NCBI GenBank assembly: GCA_965153355.1
Contig: OZ231126.1
Span: 27,528,001-27,592,000 of the forward strand
Source of the DNA: Flaccisagitta enflata
Lineage: Eukaryota
DNA length: 64,000 bases
Direction: 5' to 3'
This document shows positions 62,401 through 64,000 of this stretch, one piece after another. The notes below the pieces were generated by a model. That model did no database searches. It was not told where the DNA came from and saw only the letters and a list, made by a program, of their open reading frames with translations. The position numbers were made by a program, and so were the translations under genes. Within the stretch, counting starts at the first letter, position 1; every line of letters begins with the position of its first letter.

Positions 62401-63970
62401 ACCTTTTTCCTCTACCTCTTCCTTGTTGCCATGGTAATCGTTAATGTTTAAGGATTAAGGATTTGGATAATGGATATCAGCCTTTGCCGTATATTTGAGA
62501 AAATTGTACATCAGACGCGTTTGTAGGCGCAAAAGCGTTATATGACCAGGCTTAGTCGTCTGTTTTTCAGGGGCGTAGGTGGAGACCGATATGTAATTAG
62601 GCAAATAAGGCTATCGAGCTGAGAGACCCTCGTTCATCAAACCATCGGTGAATTGCGTCGTTGACTTATCAGCATTTTTTCGCAGCGACGGCCTCGGCAC
62701 CGAAGGTCGTTGACAAGGCTGATAATTTGCTTTTAAACAACTTTTATCTTATCAGGTTGTTTTGCTTTTGGTCGCTGGTCAGCAGTTTTTAGGCTCGTTC
62801 TCCCGCAAACATCTTGGGTCAGGATCGTCATCCGCTTCGAAAACTTTAACCGAGCCAGGTTTGCGCGCGTTCGTTTTATTGGTTTGTTCCTTTAATAAAG
62901 TCTATTCATTTGTCTTTATTGTATCTTTTTAGTCGCGGACGAGCGACTCTATAAGAGGCTATGCCCGTCGGTCCGTCGGTGAGCACGAATCAAAAATTGG
63001 AAAAACCAGGGTTTCTGCCCCTGCCCACCCGTCCGCGACTGGTATCGGCCGTGTATCCGGCCTTGTTCCGTGGCTTTCGCTTCGCTGTCTATTTTGTCGT
63101 TGTATCCCGTCTTCCTGTCTCTTTCCTACTCCCTTCCTGTCTGACTTTCTTCCTGTCTGCCTCTTTCTTCCTGTCTGCCTCTTTCTTCCTGTCTGCCTCT
63201 TTCTTCCTGTCTGTCTTTCTTCCTGTCTGTCTTTCTTCCTGTCTGTCTTTCTTCCTGTCTTTCTTCCTGTCTGTCTTTCTTCCTGTCTGTCTTTCTTCCT
63301 GTCTGTCTTTCTTCCTGTCTGTCTTTCTTCCTGTCTGTCTTTCTTCCTGTCTGTCTTTCTTCCTGTCTGTCTTTCTTCCTGTCTCCTTCTGACTGTCACT
63401 CGTTCCGACTGTCCTTTGTCCTGACTGTCCTTCCTGACTGTCATTCTTACTGACTGTCCCTCTTTCTATCTGTCCCTCTTTCTATCTGTCCCTATTTCTG
63501 TTTGTCCTTCTTCCTGGCTGTCTATCTTGCTGTCTGTCTTTCTTTGTCTTTCTTTCTGTCTGTCTTTCTTCCTGTCTATCTTTCTTCCCTCTAGTCTAAT
63601 CTTTCTTTCTGTCCCCTTTTCCTACCTGTCTGTCTTCATGTTTCTTTCCTTCTTATCGGTCATTTTTTCTTTTCTGACCTTTCTCTAATTTCGTCTCTTC
63701 TTTTTTTTTACTTGTCCTTTCTATCGATCTTTTTTTGTCCATTTTTCTACGTTACATATGTATGTAATCCTCGTCTTTTACATCCGCCGTCCTTTAATTT
63801 CCTTCCTTCCAGGTGTGGAGATGGGCACGCAGAATGGGGGATTTTCGGGCGCAAACGGCGACATCGACATGAGTTGGATTCCCACCCAAAATCTCGTCAC
63901 CCTCACCAACTCTGGAAGTCCCAAACAAAGTCCTCGACAGCGTAAAGCTGGAAAACGACGAGAAGACTGA
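59471..63970 (+). CDS. SSR1: Translocon-associated protein subunit alpha (TRAP-alpha, 327 aa)
   Basis: Exons 59471-59543, 60249-60427, 60656-60806, 61955-62163, 62323-62433, 62756-62858, 63813-63970 (984 nt). Signal peptide, acidic N-terminus, [81 protein letters not shown]. Confidence 0.97.
61047..61473. mobile_element. TA-flanked MITE family C, intact copy in SSR1 intron 3
   Basis: TA|CACTC(T)nATAAGAACCTAG...GTTCTTAT(A)nGTG|TA. Confidence 0.85.
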
Positions 63971-64000
63971 TTTCGAAATCCATTCGAGGACTCTTCTTTG

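Overview
Animal (metazoan, probably invertebrate) nuclear DNA. Most introns are short GT-AG introns (~50-400 nt); a few are very long and packed with non-autonomous DNA transposons. Eight genes were reconstructed by hand with phase-consistent exons: RanBP9/10 (RanBPM, +, 5' part lies upstream of the window), an unusual three-LIM-domain protein (-), proline dehydrogenase (-), TPRG1L/Mover-like (-), an MFSD6-like MFS transporter (-), an ARF/ARL small GTPase (+), intronless MED8 (+) and SSR1/TRAP-alpha (+). The dominant theme is nesting. The LIM gene and PRODH each fill a different RanBP9 intron on the opposite strand. The MFS gene appears to lie inside a TPRG1L intron on the same strand. A 12-kb stretch (22.9-34.9 kb) is a five-level stack of transposons, most with readable target-site duplications. 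Protein-level oddities: two of the three LIM domains are split by long, exon-encoded loops, and PRODH has a symmetric exon encoding a canonical EF-hand that resembles the polycystin-2 EF-hand. No intact transposase, RNA gene or CRISPR array was found. All family assignments come from motif recall, not database searches.
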